Shown here piece by piece: positions 1-12,400 of a stretch of 64,000 nucleotides of DNA. The stretch comes from Hypanus sabinus (Eukaryota). The position numbers and the translations under genes are program-made. The number at the start of each line of letters is the position of its first letter. The first letter of the stretch is position 1. The notes under the pieces were generated by a model. That model was not told the origin of the DNA, did no database searches, and saw only the letters and a list, made by a program, of their open reading frames with translations. The stretch spans positions 16,678,001 to 16,742,000 of the forward strand of contig NC_082738.1 of NCBI RefSeq assembly GCF_030144855.1. The letters run 5' to 3'.

Positions 1-3000
1 AAAACAATAATATTTAAAAACTTAAAACAGATATTCAATACATAGGAGGGGTACATCTATTAGTTTCAGATTGATACATTAAAATCAGATTCTGACATCA
101 TATTTCACCTACATTTCTGTAAATATAAGCAGGACTGGAGACTATGCCTCAAAATTTTTGGCCTAGCATTAAATATAGGTTTAGTATGGAATAAATGAAA
201 TTAGTGTTGTGTCTAATTCACTACACCAAAGACTTTGTTGGCCCTAATACCAACAAATCTCAAAAGCTACGTCAGTTGGTAGACAAGAACTTAGATTTGC
301 TTAGGACCATTAATGCAGTAAAGCTGATTGCTTTGCAGGAACATTATGAACAATAAAAAAATCGATGCTGAGTTGTACAAAGAGACATTAAGGCATGCAT
401 CCAAAGACCTGCACAAAGGAGGAGAGGGGGTAAGGGATGTTTGACTTGGGCCTGGGCAAGTGAACAAGCAGCAATAAATGGCAGGGCGTTGGAGGAAGAC
501 AGAAGTTCACTCTAAGCAGTACAGCAAGCTTTCCCCTGCAGTTTATAGGGACTTGTTGTGCCCAGAATTTCCAGAAGCTCGAGAATATACACATCCCAAA
601 TTTGCAAATCTGGCAAGAGGCATTGCAGATAAAAGGCAAAATACATTCCATCCTGGAGCTGGACCACAGTGCAGATGTTGCTTCCTCGTACTATTCTGCC
701 AGCTGTGATGTCCATGCATGGCACCACTGTTATGTCCAACAACGCCCACATACTGCTGTAAGCAACTACGTAGCTAAATATTAAATACTGATGTTACAAG
801 TGTGGATGCATAATCCAGATTAAAGAAACAATAGAATAGTTCAGGAGAAATATGTTGCTCGTTAATAATTTTCAGTATAACTTTCAGTGTTACTGCCAAA
901 AGCAAGAAATTTTTTGAAGTACCTTCTAATTCTTAGAGGAATCATTAAGATATACTAGGGCATGTGCTGAGGAATGCTGATGACTAAGGCTTGCCATGCG
1001 GCTGTTAAAGAGTACTGCCCCAGGATATTAAATAAGTTAATTAAGGTGGTCCGCCAAACAATTTGAACACCTGGCTTTGAAGTTGGAACATCTTTTATCG
1101 GCTGTCCCAGTCAATTTCCATTTCAAAAAGATCTTTTCTGGTTGGGGAATATTTGTAGGCCAGTTAGGAAGTGTTCACAGGTGTAGGTACAGGGCTTCAC
1201 AGAGCAAGACATTTCTTTAAACAGTTTTTTTTTCCATTAATAGTTCAAATGCCGCTTTCTCTTCTCCTTTGACGGTTAATGAGGAAATGCATTTGCCAAC
1301 CCACCACTTCCCTTTATGGTGAGGACTTTGCAAAGAAGAATTTAACATCTGAGTCTTCTTGGCCGGAATGTGGGTTATTAGTGGGGAATAACATTGGTGA
1401 AACCATAAATGATATATAATTTAGCAGGAAATCCTTTGTACTGTATGTATCAAAGTGAATTTAAAATTAAAAGTCCAAGTGGAACAGATAGTCTTTGGAC
1501 TGCTTTCATGCTAACAGTTTGCTTCAAGCAGCTCCCCCCCCCCCACCATGAGATCCTAATTTGATCCCCTCCAACCGTTAACGTGGAACTTAGGATAGCT
1601 TTGGCTAAAATAAAATTCCAGCTCAACAATCTTTCATTTCTCTTTTAATGTTGTATATGTCTGGGCAGCTACACCTCTCTAGCATTGCACCAATGTACTA
1701 GTTACATAAGACTGAAGCCTGTCTGTCTGTCACCAGTACCTATGGCTTCCTGACTGTTCACTCAGGCTGTGCCTGGTGATGTACACTGACCAACAAAATC
1801 ACAAAATGAAACTTCAATGCCAGAATTATCAGCCTACCTCGGTTACGTCCCCACCTAGCTGCAGTTTCAGAGCCCATGAGAAGCGATTTCCTCTCATCTT
1901 ACCCTCCACAACCCACAGACAATCAAAACATTCAATGTCTAAAATCTCTTTCTCACAATGTCCTCTAACTATTAGCTTTGACTGCACCAAACACTTGGCA
2001 CCTGGTTTCTAATCCTTTTCCAATGTCTCCCATCTATCTGAATAATATTCTCCAACAAATGTCACGCTCAGACGCTTCCAGCTCTCTTTGTAGACTGGAT
2101 TGTTGCTTACCACCACCCCCTACCCAATCCACTGACCCATTCTCTCAAAGACCAGAGGGTGATTTAAACTTTGGACTTTTCAACTCTCTCTTGTCTCTTC
2201 TTTTCACAACTAACACTCTGGCAAGGTGCCTTGAGTTCAATTCGCTCTTTTGCGTTTCCCCCTAGAATCCACTTTGCTCTTTTTCTGGGTGTCCTCCTGC
2301 TTAAGCTACAGCATGGTCTCTTATATGGTTGCCGAGATTTCTGGCTAACATCCTCCTTGACATCAGACTGACATTCGTGAGCTCATCCAGCCAGAAAGCC
2401 CACAGGATGTGAATTGATGTTGCCCATTCTGTCACTGAAGTGACCTTTAAGGCCAGGGCATTTAGCCTGCAGCTGCTGCAAACAGGGCAACGTGCACAGT
2501 GGGCACTGATCATTGGAACGTGGAGGGGAGCCTATCACTAGCCTCTTGCTAGGCACATCTCTCGTGGTCAGGAGTGTTCTAGTTTAGCCCCACCTCATTG
2601 AAAGCATCGGGTGCAGCTGGACAATCTGCCCAAAGACTGGCAGTTAAAACACCTCTCAAAAGGATTTTGAAGCATTGTATTCTATAAGCTAAGCCGGTAA
2701 AGGTAAACCTATAGTATTTAAATTGGACTCTGAAAACCTTCTGATAGTTTCCTTTTGTCAGCCAGTTCTGGAAAGATTGAGTGGTTATTTCAAGTGGAAT
2801 GGAGTGTTATCAAAATGGGCAGTTGCATTTTTTTTTTGGCTACAAGTTTAAACTGATTCCTGTAAACCAATCGGATAAGAATCACTGTTAGAATCACTGT
2901 TATCCTTAAGTATTCAACCTGTCCATCAAAGTAGGTAGTAAAAGGAGAAAAAATTTGATACAAAGATTCCAAATGACATTGGAAGGAAATGCATCCCAAT

Positions 3001-3016
3001 TGCAGCTGCCCACTGA

Positions 3017-3475
3017 TTATTTGCAGACACTGACCCACTCATTGACTCTGCACTCATCACACAACACGTAGCAACACCAGTGGAAACGGCAGTTGCATCG
3101 CTCACTCCGGCTCTGTTTGAGGATGTTGTGCCCTCTCCCACAGCACAGACTGTCACAGTTATCCATCCCTTGGCTCGTTTTATTGCACACCCTTCCCTGT
3201 GTCCCTGGTGAGTCCGTGCCGAGGTCCTTCTCGCAGAAATCAGGGGACTTCTCGAAGTACACCATGTCCTTGTAAATCCGTCTCCTGTTTTGCTTCAGGC
3301 TGAACTGGCCTGTGTTTCTATTGTGAGTTTTGATGAAAACTGCGTTCTGGAACCGCTCCTTGAGCACAGCCCCGACCTGTCGGAAATCAGGGGTCACTTG
3401 CCAGCAGGTTTTGAACTGGCAACTGCCAGAGGTGCCGTGACATTTACACTTGCGTTTCATGTTGTCAATGACCGC
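3017..3475 (-). CDS. wnt10b: wnt10b last coding exon ([19 protein letters not shown]...VSVCK*)
   Basis: Wnt CKCHGxSGSC lipidation motif and C-terminal Cys array; acceptor tttcag|; TAA at 3017-3019; 459 nt. Confidence 0.96.
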   Translation of the reverse strand, partial: AVIDNMKRKCKCHGTSGSCQFKTCWQVTPDFRQVGAVLKERFQNAVFIKTHNRNTGQFSLKQNRRRIYKDMVYFEKSPDFCEKDLGTDSPGTQGRVCNKTSQGMDNCDSLCCGRGHNILKQSRSERCNCRFHWCCYVLCDECRVNEWVSVCK

Positions 3476-6400
3476 CTGAAATTTAGAAGAAAAGCAATCA
3501 AACAGAAATACCGTAGGAAGCACTAGTGCAATGAATAGAGTGCAAACCCCTCTCCAGCACTCTCTAAACACAACAGACTAAGAGGCTAACACCTCAATTA
3601 CCAGAATACAATTGCTCCCTTTAAATACAAAAACGTCACTGGGAAAATGGAACAATAATAATGTGCATTTTATATCTCCTGTAATGAAGTTAAAAGCTTT
3701 TAAAGATACTTCACGTAAGTGTTGACACACAGAACAGTTGCCAAGTTACTTAAGGGGATAGGAGAGCAGATTACCACATTTTGAAGAGAAAGGTAGGCTT
3801 AAGAAGCATTTAAAAAGAGGAGACAGAAGCAGAAAAGTTTTAGGAGGGAATTCACGAGCTTGGGGCATCAGAAGCTAAAAAAACAGCCACCAATAGAGGA
3901 GGCGATTCAAAGATAATCAAGAAGCCAGAATTAGAGTTGGATAATGTCTCAGAGGGTTATGGGACAGTGAGTACTGGAGAGATGAGAAATGGGACCTGGT
4001 GCATGTTAGAGAACAGGCACCCGAGCTTTGGATGGCCTCAGGTTCATGGAAGACACGTGAGAAAGGCCATCCAGCAGAGCACTGGAAAGGTCAAATCTAG
4101 AGACAAAGTCTAGAAGCAAGAAAATTACCCAAGTGCAGGCAATATGAAAAAGGTATGCCCACATCCATAATGAAAGAGGGAGAATGCCTGGGATGTGAAC
4201 GTACAGGAACTTGAAAGCCCAGATGACCAGACTCAAGAACGGCTTCTTCCCCACTGCTATCAGGCTTCTGAACCAATCACCTCTTCCATATCCCTTCCCA
4301 GTGGATTTATAGTATGTGAAATTCGTTGTTTTGCAGCAAAGATGTAAATAACACTATAGCTTACAAAATAAATAATGCAAATAAAAAAGGAATGACAATA
4401 GAGTGTTCATGGGTTCATGGACCATTCAGAAATCTGCTGGTGGAAGAGAAGAAGCTGTTCCTGAATTGTTGAGTGTGGGTCTTCAGGCCATAACAGCAAC
4501 ATACAGTGCATTGAACGTTCAGGCCAATCCATTAACTTAGTGGTCAAGGGAATGAGATTTTTAATATTAAAACTTTCAATATATCATGAGTGGATTGTTT
4601 TGCAATATTTGACACTTTGTCGTTCTCACTTTGCAGCACCGTATGTGATGTGTTTGTCGTGATAGATATATCTTTCCAGTTGTGTATTATCTGTAGTTAA
4701 TTGCATGGGCCTTCTGCATCGCCTATATGGCATTTGATGACTGGCATCTCAGAATCAGAATCAGGTTTATTATCACCGGCATGTTACGTGAAATTTGTTA
4801 ACTTAGTAGCAGCAGTTCAATGCAATACATAATCTAGCAGAAAAAAATAATGATTAAAAGTTAAAAATAAATAAATAAACAAGCAAATCAATTACATATA
4901 TTAAATAGATTTTTTAAATGTGCAAAAACAGAGATACTCTATATTTTAAAAAAGTGAGGTAGTGTCCAAGGGTTCAATGTCCATTTAGGAATCGGATGGC
5001 AGAGGGGAAGAAGCTGTTCCTGAGTTGCTGAGTGTGTGCCTTCAGCATTGTTATTATCGATGTTTGACTACAGATGTCTTCTGGCTTAGTGAGTATTTTT
5101 ACATTTTTTTTCAGTTGCCTTTCTGTGCAGATGTGGTTTATTTTCTTGCTGATGTGCATTTGCAAGCTCACTTTGATTTGGTTCTTCTGCTGGCATGTGT
5201 TGCTGACTGATCATTATATAAAATTTATTTCCACCATCCAACCCCCTGTTCATCTGCTGCTCATCTGTAGCTTTGTGTGACTGTAAGGGTTGACTACTTC
5301 AATGCTCTCCGGTACCAGCACAACACCCTTCCCAACCCCAGTTTGCTCCAAACTCTGCTGCCCATTTCCTGTCACACAGGGTTCTGCTCAATTGCCTTGA
5401 ATGGGTGTGTCTTGCTGATCTACACTGTTTTCCCATTCTTGTTAGCTTCAATTTTTAAACCCCTCTATTTCCTCTCCTGTGACCTCTTCCTGTGCTCCAG
5501 ATGGAGCAGACTTAATAGGTCAAATGGCTTAATTCTGCTCCTATGTCTTGTGGTCTTCCAGCTTTACAGCCCTCGTACTCCTCTGATCTGGCCTCTTGCA
5601 CAATCCCACATTTATTTGCTCACTATTGGTCGCAGTGCCTTTAGATCCTGGTTCCAGGTTCTGCTTTCACAAGGTCATTCATCACAGAAACGGGCCCTTC
5701 AGCCCATTGAGTGCGTGCTGACCATCAAGCACCCATATAGTAATCCCATTTTGCTCTCCCCACATTCCCATCAAATCACCCCCAGATTCTGCTACTCACT
5801 GACACACTAGGGGCAAGTTACAGCAGCCAATTAATCTAGCAACCCACAGACCTTTGCGATGAGGGAAGGCACTTGAATTGTGAAGGAGAAAGAGATTGAG
5901 GCCCAGTTGGTGGTGGGAGTATCAATGCACTTGGGGGTGACTTGACAAGGAGAGAGGGAAAAGAACAGAGGTTCGTGCTCATAGATTTGGATGTTGCCAA
6001 ATGGGAGGAGGTTGCATTGGTGCATAAGCAGAACGGCCTGGTTCTGTGCACTAATGTCAGCAAAGAGATGACTAAGCACTTAACAATCCTCCAAGCTCAA
6101 CACTAGTTCAGGACTTTCAGAATACAATACACCATGCCTGGATGTATATTTTGTCCTTTTTAACAAAACATCAATCAATACCCTCAAAATTAATAGAAAT
6201 TTTGTAGAAGGATCTAGATAGAATGAATAGAAAAGACTTATTCTCATCAGCAGAGGGATCCAAAGTTAGGAGGTAAAGGTTTAGAGTAGCTGACAGAAAT
6301 AGTGGGAAGCTGGGTGTGTGGGGCACATTATCAAAAAGAATGATGGAGGTAGAAACTATGGACACACTTGAGAGCTATGAGCAGCAGGCAGTCCTGTAGA

Positions 6401-9400
6401 CCCAGTGCTGGACAGTGATATTAATCTTTGTGACTCTTCTTCAACCAGTACAGACTCACTGACCAAGTGACTTACTTCTCTGTGTGATAATTTCTCTATA
6501 TGCAAATCATAAATAATTTTGACATACTTTGAGTGAATGAGTCATAAATTGCAATGAATTGTAGGGAGAATTATCAGATGGGAGGGGTATGGAAGGCTAT
6601 GGTCCAGGTGCGGGTCAATGGGACTAGGCAGAATAACAGTTGAGCACAGACTAGATGGGATGAAAGGCCTTTTTCTGTACTGTAGTGTCCTATGACTCTA
6701 GATGGTAATCTAAACAGCTTTATGAGTCTATGTTACTGATTACTATATATCAAGAATGGTGAAATGGACCATCAATTGACATTGCACTTAAATAATCTGT
6801 AAATGACATGAAAACACATGAATTAAATGAAGTGAAGCCTGTTACCAGATGTACAAATGTTATTTATTTTTGCTCTCAAAAGACCAAACTGAAGAATCCA
6901 TGTCAAACTATTTTCTTCAGGAGATGATTGCCATTTCAGTTTGTGATTGTAAAGGTCATTTACAAAGTGACACAGTGGTGCTGCCTCACAGTTGCAATAA
7001 TGCAGATTCAATACTGACCTCCAACGCTGTCTATATAGAGTTTGCACCTTGTCCCTGTGACCACAGGGATTTCCCAGCTTCTTCCCAAATCCCAAAGGCA
7101 CACAGTTAATTGGCTGCTGTTAATTACCTATAGTGTAGATGGTTGGTGGGAGATTCAGCAGGGTGTTCTGCGGCACGTGTGACAGGAATGGATTACAGAA
7201 AAACTGGGATTGGTCTGAGAGCCACCATAGATTCAACAGACTAAATGCCTTCCTTCAATATTATAAGGGACTATGTGTATACAGTCAGGCCCCATTGCAA
7301 AACATTTAATTCATACTTCATTGGGACTCACTTAAGTGAGTCTTACCAGCGATAAGGGCTATTATTTCAGTTCTTCTGTCATATTGTGAAATTGCGTTCT
7401 GCGCAGTTGAGAATGTAACATCACATGAAGCAAGTAAAACTACATTAGAAAGAGCTTGTGGTTTCTTTGAAGTTTACAGGTCAATGCCCTCTACAGTATG
7501 AATCCATAACTAGGCTGTTTCTGAACTGAGTGAATGTAAGCTATATAGAAGCAATAAAAGAAGCTTTGAAACAACTATGTATAGCTTTCTGCCAAGTGCT
7601 GTCTCATTTGCAGGGTCTGATAGTCCATAGGCAGCTTCAAGTGAATCGGAGGACATTGTCAAGGGGTACCTAGGTGTGTGATAAAGGCATGCACCCTGTG
7701 CCCTCTTTCAGCAGCCTATGAAGGTATAGCTAACAAGAAAGACAAGCTCATTAAATAGATGGCAGTAAATGATACCAACAACTGAAAAAGTGTATTAATG
7801 AAGCAACCACAGTATCTTGCAGTGCCTGCTGGTTGAAAAAAACTGTGCAAACCAATTGACATCAAGTGACCAAAGCAAATGTTTACCTGAGCAGGACTGG
7901 CCTTGTGTCCATATTGCAAATATTCTTGTGGATAGTGTGGAGGGTTGTTGTAGGTTGCAACAGGACATGGACAAGATGCAGAGCTGGGTTGAGAAGTGGC
8001 AAATTGAATTCATCCCGGAAAAGTGTGAGGTGATTCATTTTGAAAGGTTGAATTTGAAGGCAGAATACAGGATTCTTAGCAGATTGGAGGAACGGGGGGA
8101 TCTCGGGGTCCACATCCATAGATCCCTCAGAATTGCCACACAAGTTGATAGGGTGGTTAAGAAGGCGTATGGTGTGTTGGCCTTCGTTAGTTGGGGGGAT
8201 TGAGTTCATTAGCCATGAGGTAACATTGCATCCCTATAAAAACCTGGTTAGACCACACTTTGTTCAGATTTGGTCGCCTCATTATAGGAAGGATGTGGAA
8301 GCTTTCGAGAGGGTGCAGAGGAGATTTACCAGGATGCTGCCTGGACTAGAGAGCATGCCTTATGGTTGAAGGAGCCTTTGGAGAAAAGGAGGAGGAGAGG
8401 AAACTTGATAGAGGTGTACAAGATGATAAGAGACATAGATGGGATGTATTGGACCTTTTCCCAGAGCAGCAATGGCTAATACAAGAGGACAGAGTTTTAA
8501 GGTGATTGGTGAAAAATATAAGGGGGATGTCAGCGATCAGCTCTTTACACAGAGAGTGATGAGAAAGAGTGGCGGATGTGTGGGGCACCTGTCAGGGATG
8601 GTGGTAGAGGCAAATACATAAAGGGTATTTAAGAAACTCTTAGATACGCAAATGGATAGTAGAAAAATAGAGGGCTATGTAGGTGGGAAGGGTTAAATTG
8701 GTCTTGGAATAGATTAAAGGCTAGCACAACATCACAGGCTGAAGGGACTCTACTGTGCTGTAATGTTCTATATTTTATTCCATTCATTCACTGATTTGGT
8801 GGTAAATAGCCATTTTTTACCTTATTGGCTTAATTTTAACTAATAGCTACTTTGATGAGTTTTCACGCAGATTGTTAGAGTTCAGTTCTGTGCACTTTGC
8901 TGTATTAAAATTAGGTAGATAGATCTGGCAACCTTACCTCTACCCATCTAATCATGTGCATTACCTTGAAACACTGATCATAAATCTTCTGATTAACATG
9001 AACTCTGCAGCGATCAGAACATGAAATGCAGCCAGTTGGCTGGATTGGAATGTGTTGACTGACTAGAAATCTCAGTCCCAAAGCAATTTTTAACTTATAC
9101 CCATTTTTGGTACATTTTTGATTTACACTTGTGAATGAGTTAGCTCTGCTGCCTCAATCACAGCACAAATTAACTGCAGACATTTTGCCTCCATGAAGGT
9201 GCCACAAGATGGCACACGCATCTGGAATAAGTCAAGACTCACCTCACAGCAGTTGTCGGTGCCTAGCAATGAAGCAGGCTTTAATGACAGAATTCACTGT
9301 TGCATTCAGTGCATCAGCAAAGCCTTTGGCCATCTGGAGGAAAAGATCAAGGCCCTGAACCTGACATAATATCTTATGGTCTACCAGTGAGCTGTGATCT

Positions 9401-12400
9401 CAACCCTTGAGTCATAGATTATCTACAAGTAGCCACCACAATAAACTAGAGCTACTGTGAACTCTGTCTCTGCAAGTCCTCCAAATCCATTAGCAGAATA
9501 AGGGAACCAACAGCAGTGTCCTTTCCCTAGTCAATATCCCCAGCAGCAAAGCCTAAATTATACTAAGTTGGCCACATTAGGCAGGCCACAGCATTTGCCT
9601 GCAGCTCACCTGACTCCTGAGACACACTCTTCTCCAAACTCCACCATGGAAAGAGACTGCCAGTGGACAAACTTCCCAAAGCCTCATTGCAGAAGTCCAA
9701 CACTCCCCACCATCTTGTGGGAATGCCTGGCCCATGATTCTCAAATGTGGAGCAGAAGCTTGAAGAGTGGCTCTAAGAGCTTTATCCATTTGTCAGGAGC
9801 ACACAGGAGCCCAGCATAAACAATGCAAGGAGTACACCTTCTCACAAGCTATTGACAACCACTCTTGTCACCCATCTCCTACCCCACTTGTGCAAGAGTC
9901 TGCAGGTCTCACATTGGCCTCCCCAGTCACCTCTGAGCCCATAGAGAAAGCAAGTCATCTTCAGTCCTGAGGGACTGCCCAAGAGAAATCCAGCATTCAA
10001 TAACTGCACTGAAATAGAAGTTACCTAAACAGAATAACTATAATTTTATAATCTTGTCCTGATTTATTACATGCCCAGTCCCGAAGAAGGGTCTCAACCC
10101 GAAACTTCGACTGTCTGTCCATTTCCGTAGACGCTGCCTGACCTGCTGATCTCCTCCAGCATTTTGTGTTTGTGGCTTTGGATTTCCAGCACCTGCAGAA
10201 TCTCTTGTGTTTATAATTTTACATTACTTTTTGAAAAGAAAAAAAACCGGCATTAATCCAGCAGGAATAGGATTTATTTGTCACATGCAGTGAAATGCGC
10301 CATTTGCGTCAACAACCATCCTTGGAAGGATGTGCTGGGGGCAGCTCACAAGTGCATCAACATAGCATGCCCACCACTTACTAATCCGTACATCTTTGGA
10401 AAGTGGGAGGAATCTCACATGGTCATGGGGAGAATGTACAGGCAGCAATGAGAATTGAACCCCGATCTTGTCAAACGAAGTGCGAACTGTGACACTATCG
10501 CGCTGTTGATGAGCACTTATAGCGCTGCTAGTGCACATTTTAGCGCCAGGAACATACACATTAATGCAGTTAAGCTGTGGTATAGACAAGCCCCTGCCCC
10601 TGCTTGTTTTCCATTTTGACGGGTTGCTGGCATCTATTTATTGCATCCCCTGAACAGAAAAGCTTGTTTGACTTTTTCAGAGTGTAGTTAAGAGTCTGGA
10701 GTCAAATGTAATCAAGAGCAGGGAAGGACAGCAGGCATACTCCCTTAAAGACATTCCTGAAAGTAATTTCCTGGCCACCATTAACCAACTTTGTTATTCC
10801 AAATTTACCTAAGAAATTGAATTTAAATTCCTCAGCAAGCAATGGTGGGACCTGAACTCAATGCCTACAGGAAAATTGCCCATACCTCTGGATACTTATC
10901 AAGTAACAGCCACTTTGCCACCATATACCCATTTAATTGAGAGGAGAGTTATTCATTTTACACTTCAGAGGGTAGTTGACTGAATGGTTGAGACAGAGGT
11001 TCCAGCAGATTTGTGGCTTCTAGCAGGATATTGCCATTACACACAAATCCTCCTGTCACAGCTCAAAACACTGAGAATCCATTTTGTAGACATTCAACAT
11101 TTTTTTGGGTTAAAGCATTGAGCATTATGCCAATTGACTGGCCAGTGCATGTATTCACCATGGGTGGCCTACCTGCCTTCCCAATTTGTTGTTGTGGAGT
11201 CTCATCCTCCCATGGATATCCCTCGATGTCTCTCGTGAGTCCAGAAAATCCCTGGAAAATTTCTCTGCAAACTCGATGTCATGGTTGCAGTCACCCCATT
11301 CCCACGAGTCCTGGATCCTAGAGAAAAGTCCCTCAGGCTTAGGAACAGAGACAGGGAGACCCTGGGTCAAGGCCTGTACCCGAAGTTGGTAGAGTTTGAA
11401 TCGCAAGTTCTGCTCATCTCCTCCTCTCTGCTTCTGGTCACATCCGCAGCCTTTCAGCTTCCCCAGGCTGCAGGCAGTGGCTACCGAGTGGGTGACCCCA
11501 GCAGCCAACAGGGAGAACATGAAGGCACTTTCACGGAACCCTGCATGGATGACAATAAGGTGGGAGTTGAAAGAGGGCTACTAAGAAATGTGCACAGAAA
11601 CTCATCTTATAGACGGTTAATGCTTAGCAACTTCCAATAATGCAGCATTTGGCTCTCAGCCTGCTTGGCACAGACAGTTCTCACTGTGACCTGATTGCCT
11701 TAAATGTCTCTTAAAGTCTGATGACCTCATCAATGCATAACTTATTGGTGTCTTTTTAAAGTGTTACTCCTGAATCTATAGTGTCTCCTGGAATCTTGCT
11801 AGCTGAGTTGGACTTGGCATTGTGGGGTCTAGATGGGCTCTGGCCTTCTGGAGGTGTATAGAACTGCCAGGATCAAAAGATCATTGGAGAGGGAGAGAGA
11901 GCTCAGAAATCGGTGAATGAGCTCATCCTTGAATGTGCATTACAAGATTCTGTCCAATAGAATAGGTTTTATTTTGATGCAGGTGATCTACCTGGACCAG
12001 AACTGCACCATACCCAGTAAAAGGACCTCTGTTCAGGAATACCATCACCTGTAGATAAGATGGGCAGGCAGGGAGGACACCTGCATGGTCAGTTTGGGCT
12101 AGGAGATGGCCTCTGGCACAATACCACACCTGGACATGATGGATGTAAAACAGGAAATGATGGAAATATGCACCAGGGCATCTAGAGAGAGAAAAAGAGT
12201 TAATGTTTGAGGCCATTTTCTATTTTTATAGGAAGGACATTACTGCACTGGAGAGGGTGCAGAGGAGATTCACCAGGATGTTGCCTGGGAAGGTGGGTTG
12301 CAGTTATGAGGAGAGACTGGATGGGCTGGTTCTGCAAGAGTACGTTTTGGAATAGCCAGGGCATACACTAAGTATTGAGTGGAGCAAGGTGAAGCAGAAA

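Noticed and set aside
388-784. Cluster of short overlapping ORFs near the window start
   Set aside because: No recognisable domain and no convincing splice context; ORFs in many frames are expected by chance.
3476-3571. Hydrophobic N-terminal extension of ORF 3017..3571 that looks like a signal peptide
   Set aside because: It is the intron polypyrimidine tract read in frame; the real exon starts at the AG acceptor at 3476-3477.
12025-12038. 14-nt exact match (ACCTCTGTTCAGGA) to the 3' end of wnt10b exon 2 (15827-15840), reading VFLNRG
   Set aside because: Similarity does not extend and the donor (gtcctt) is poor; probably coincidence rather than a duplicated exon.
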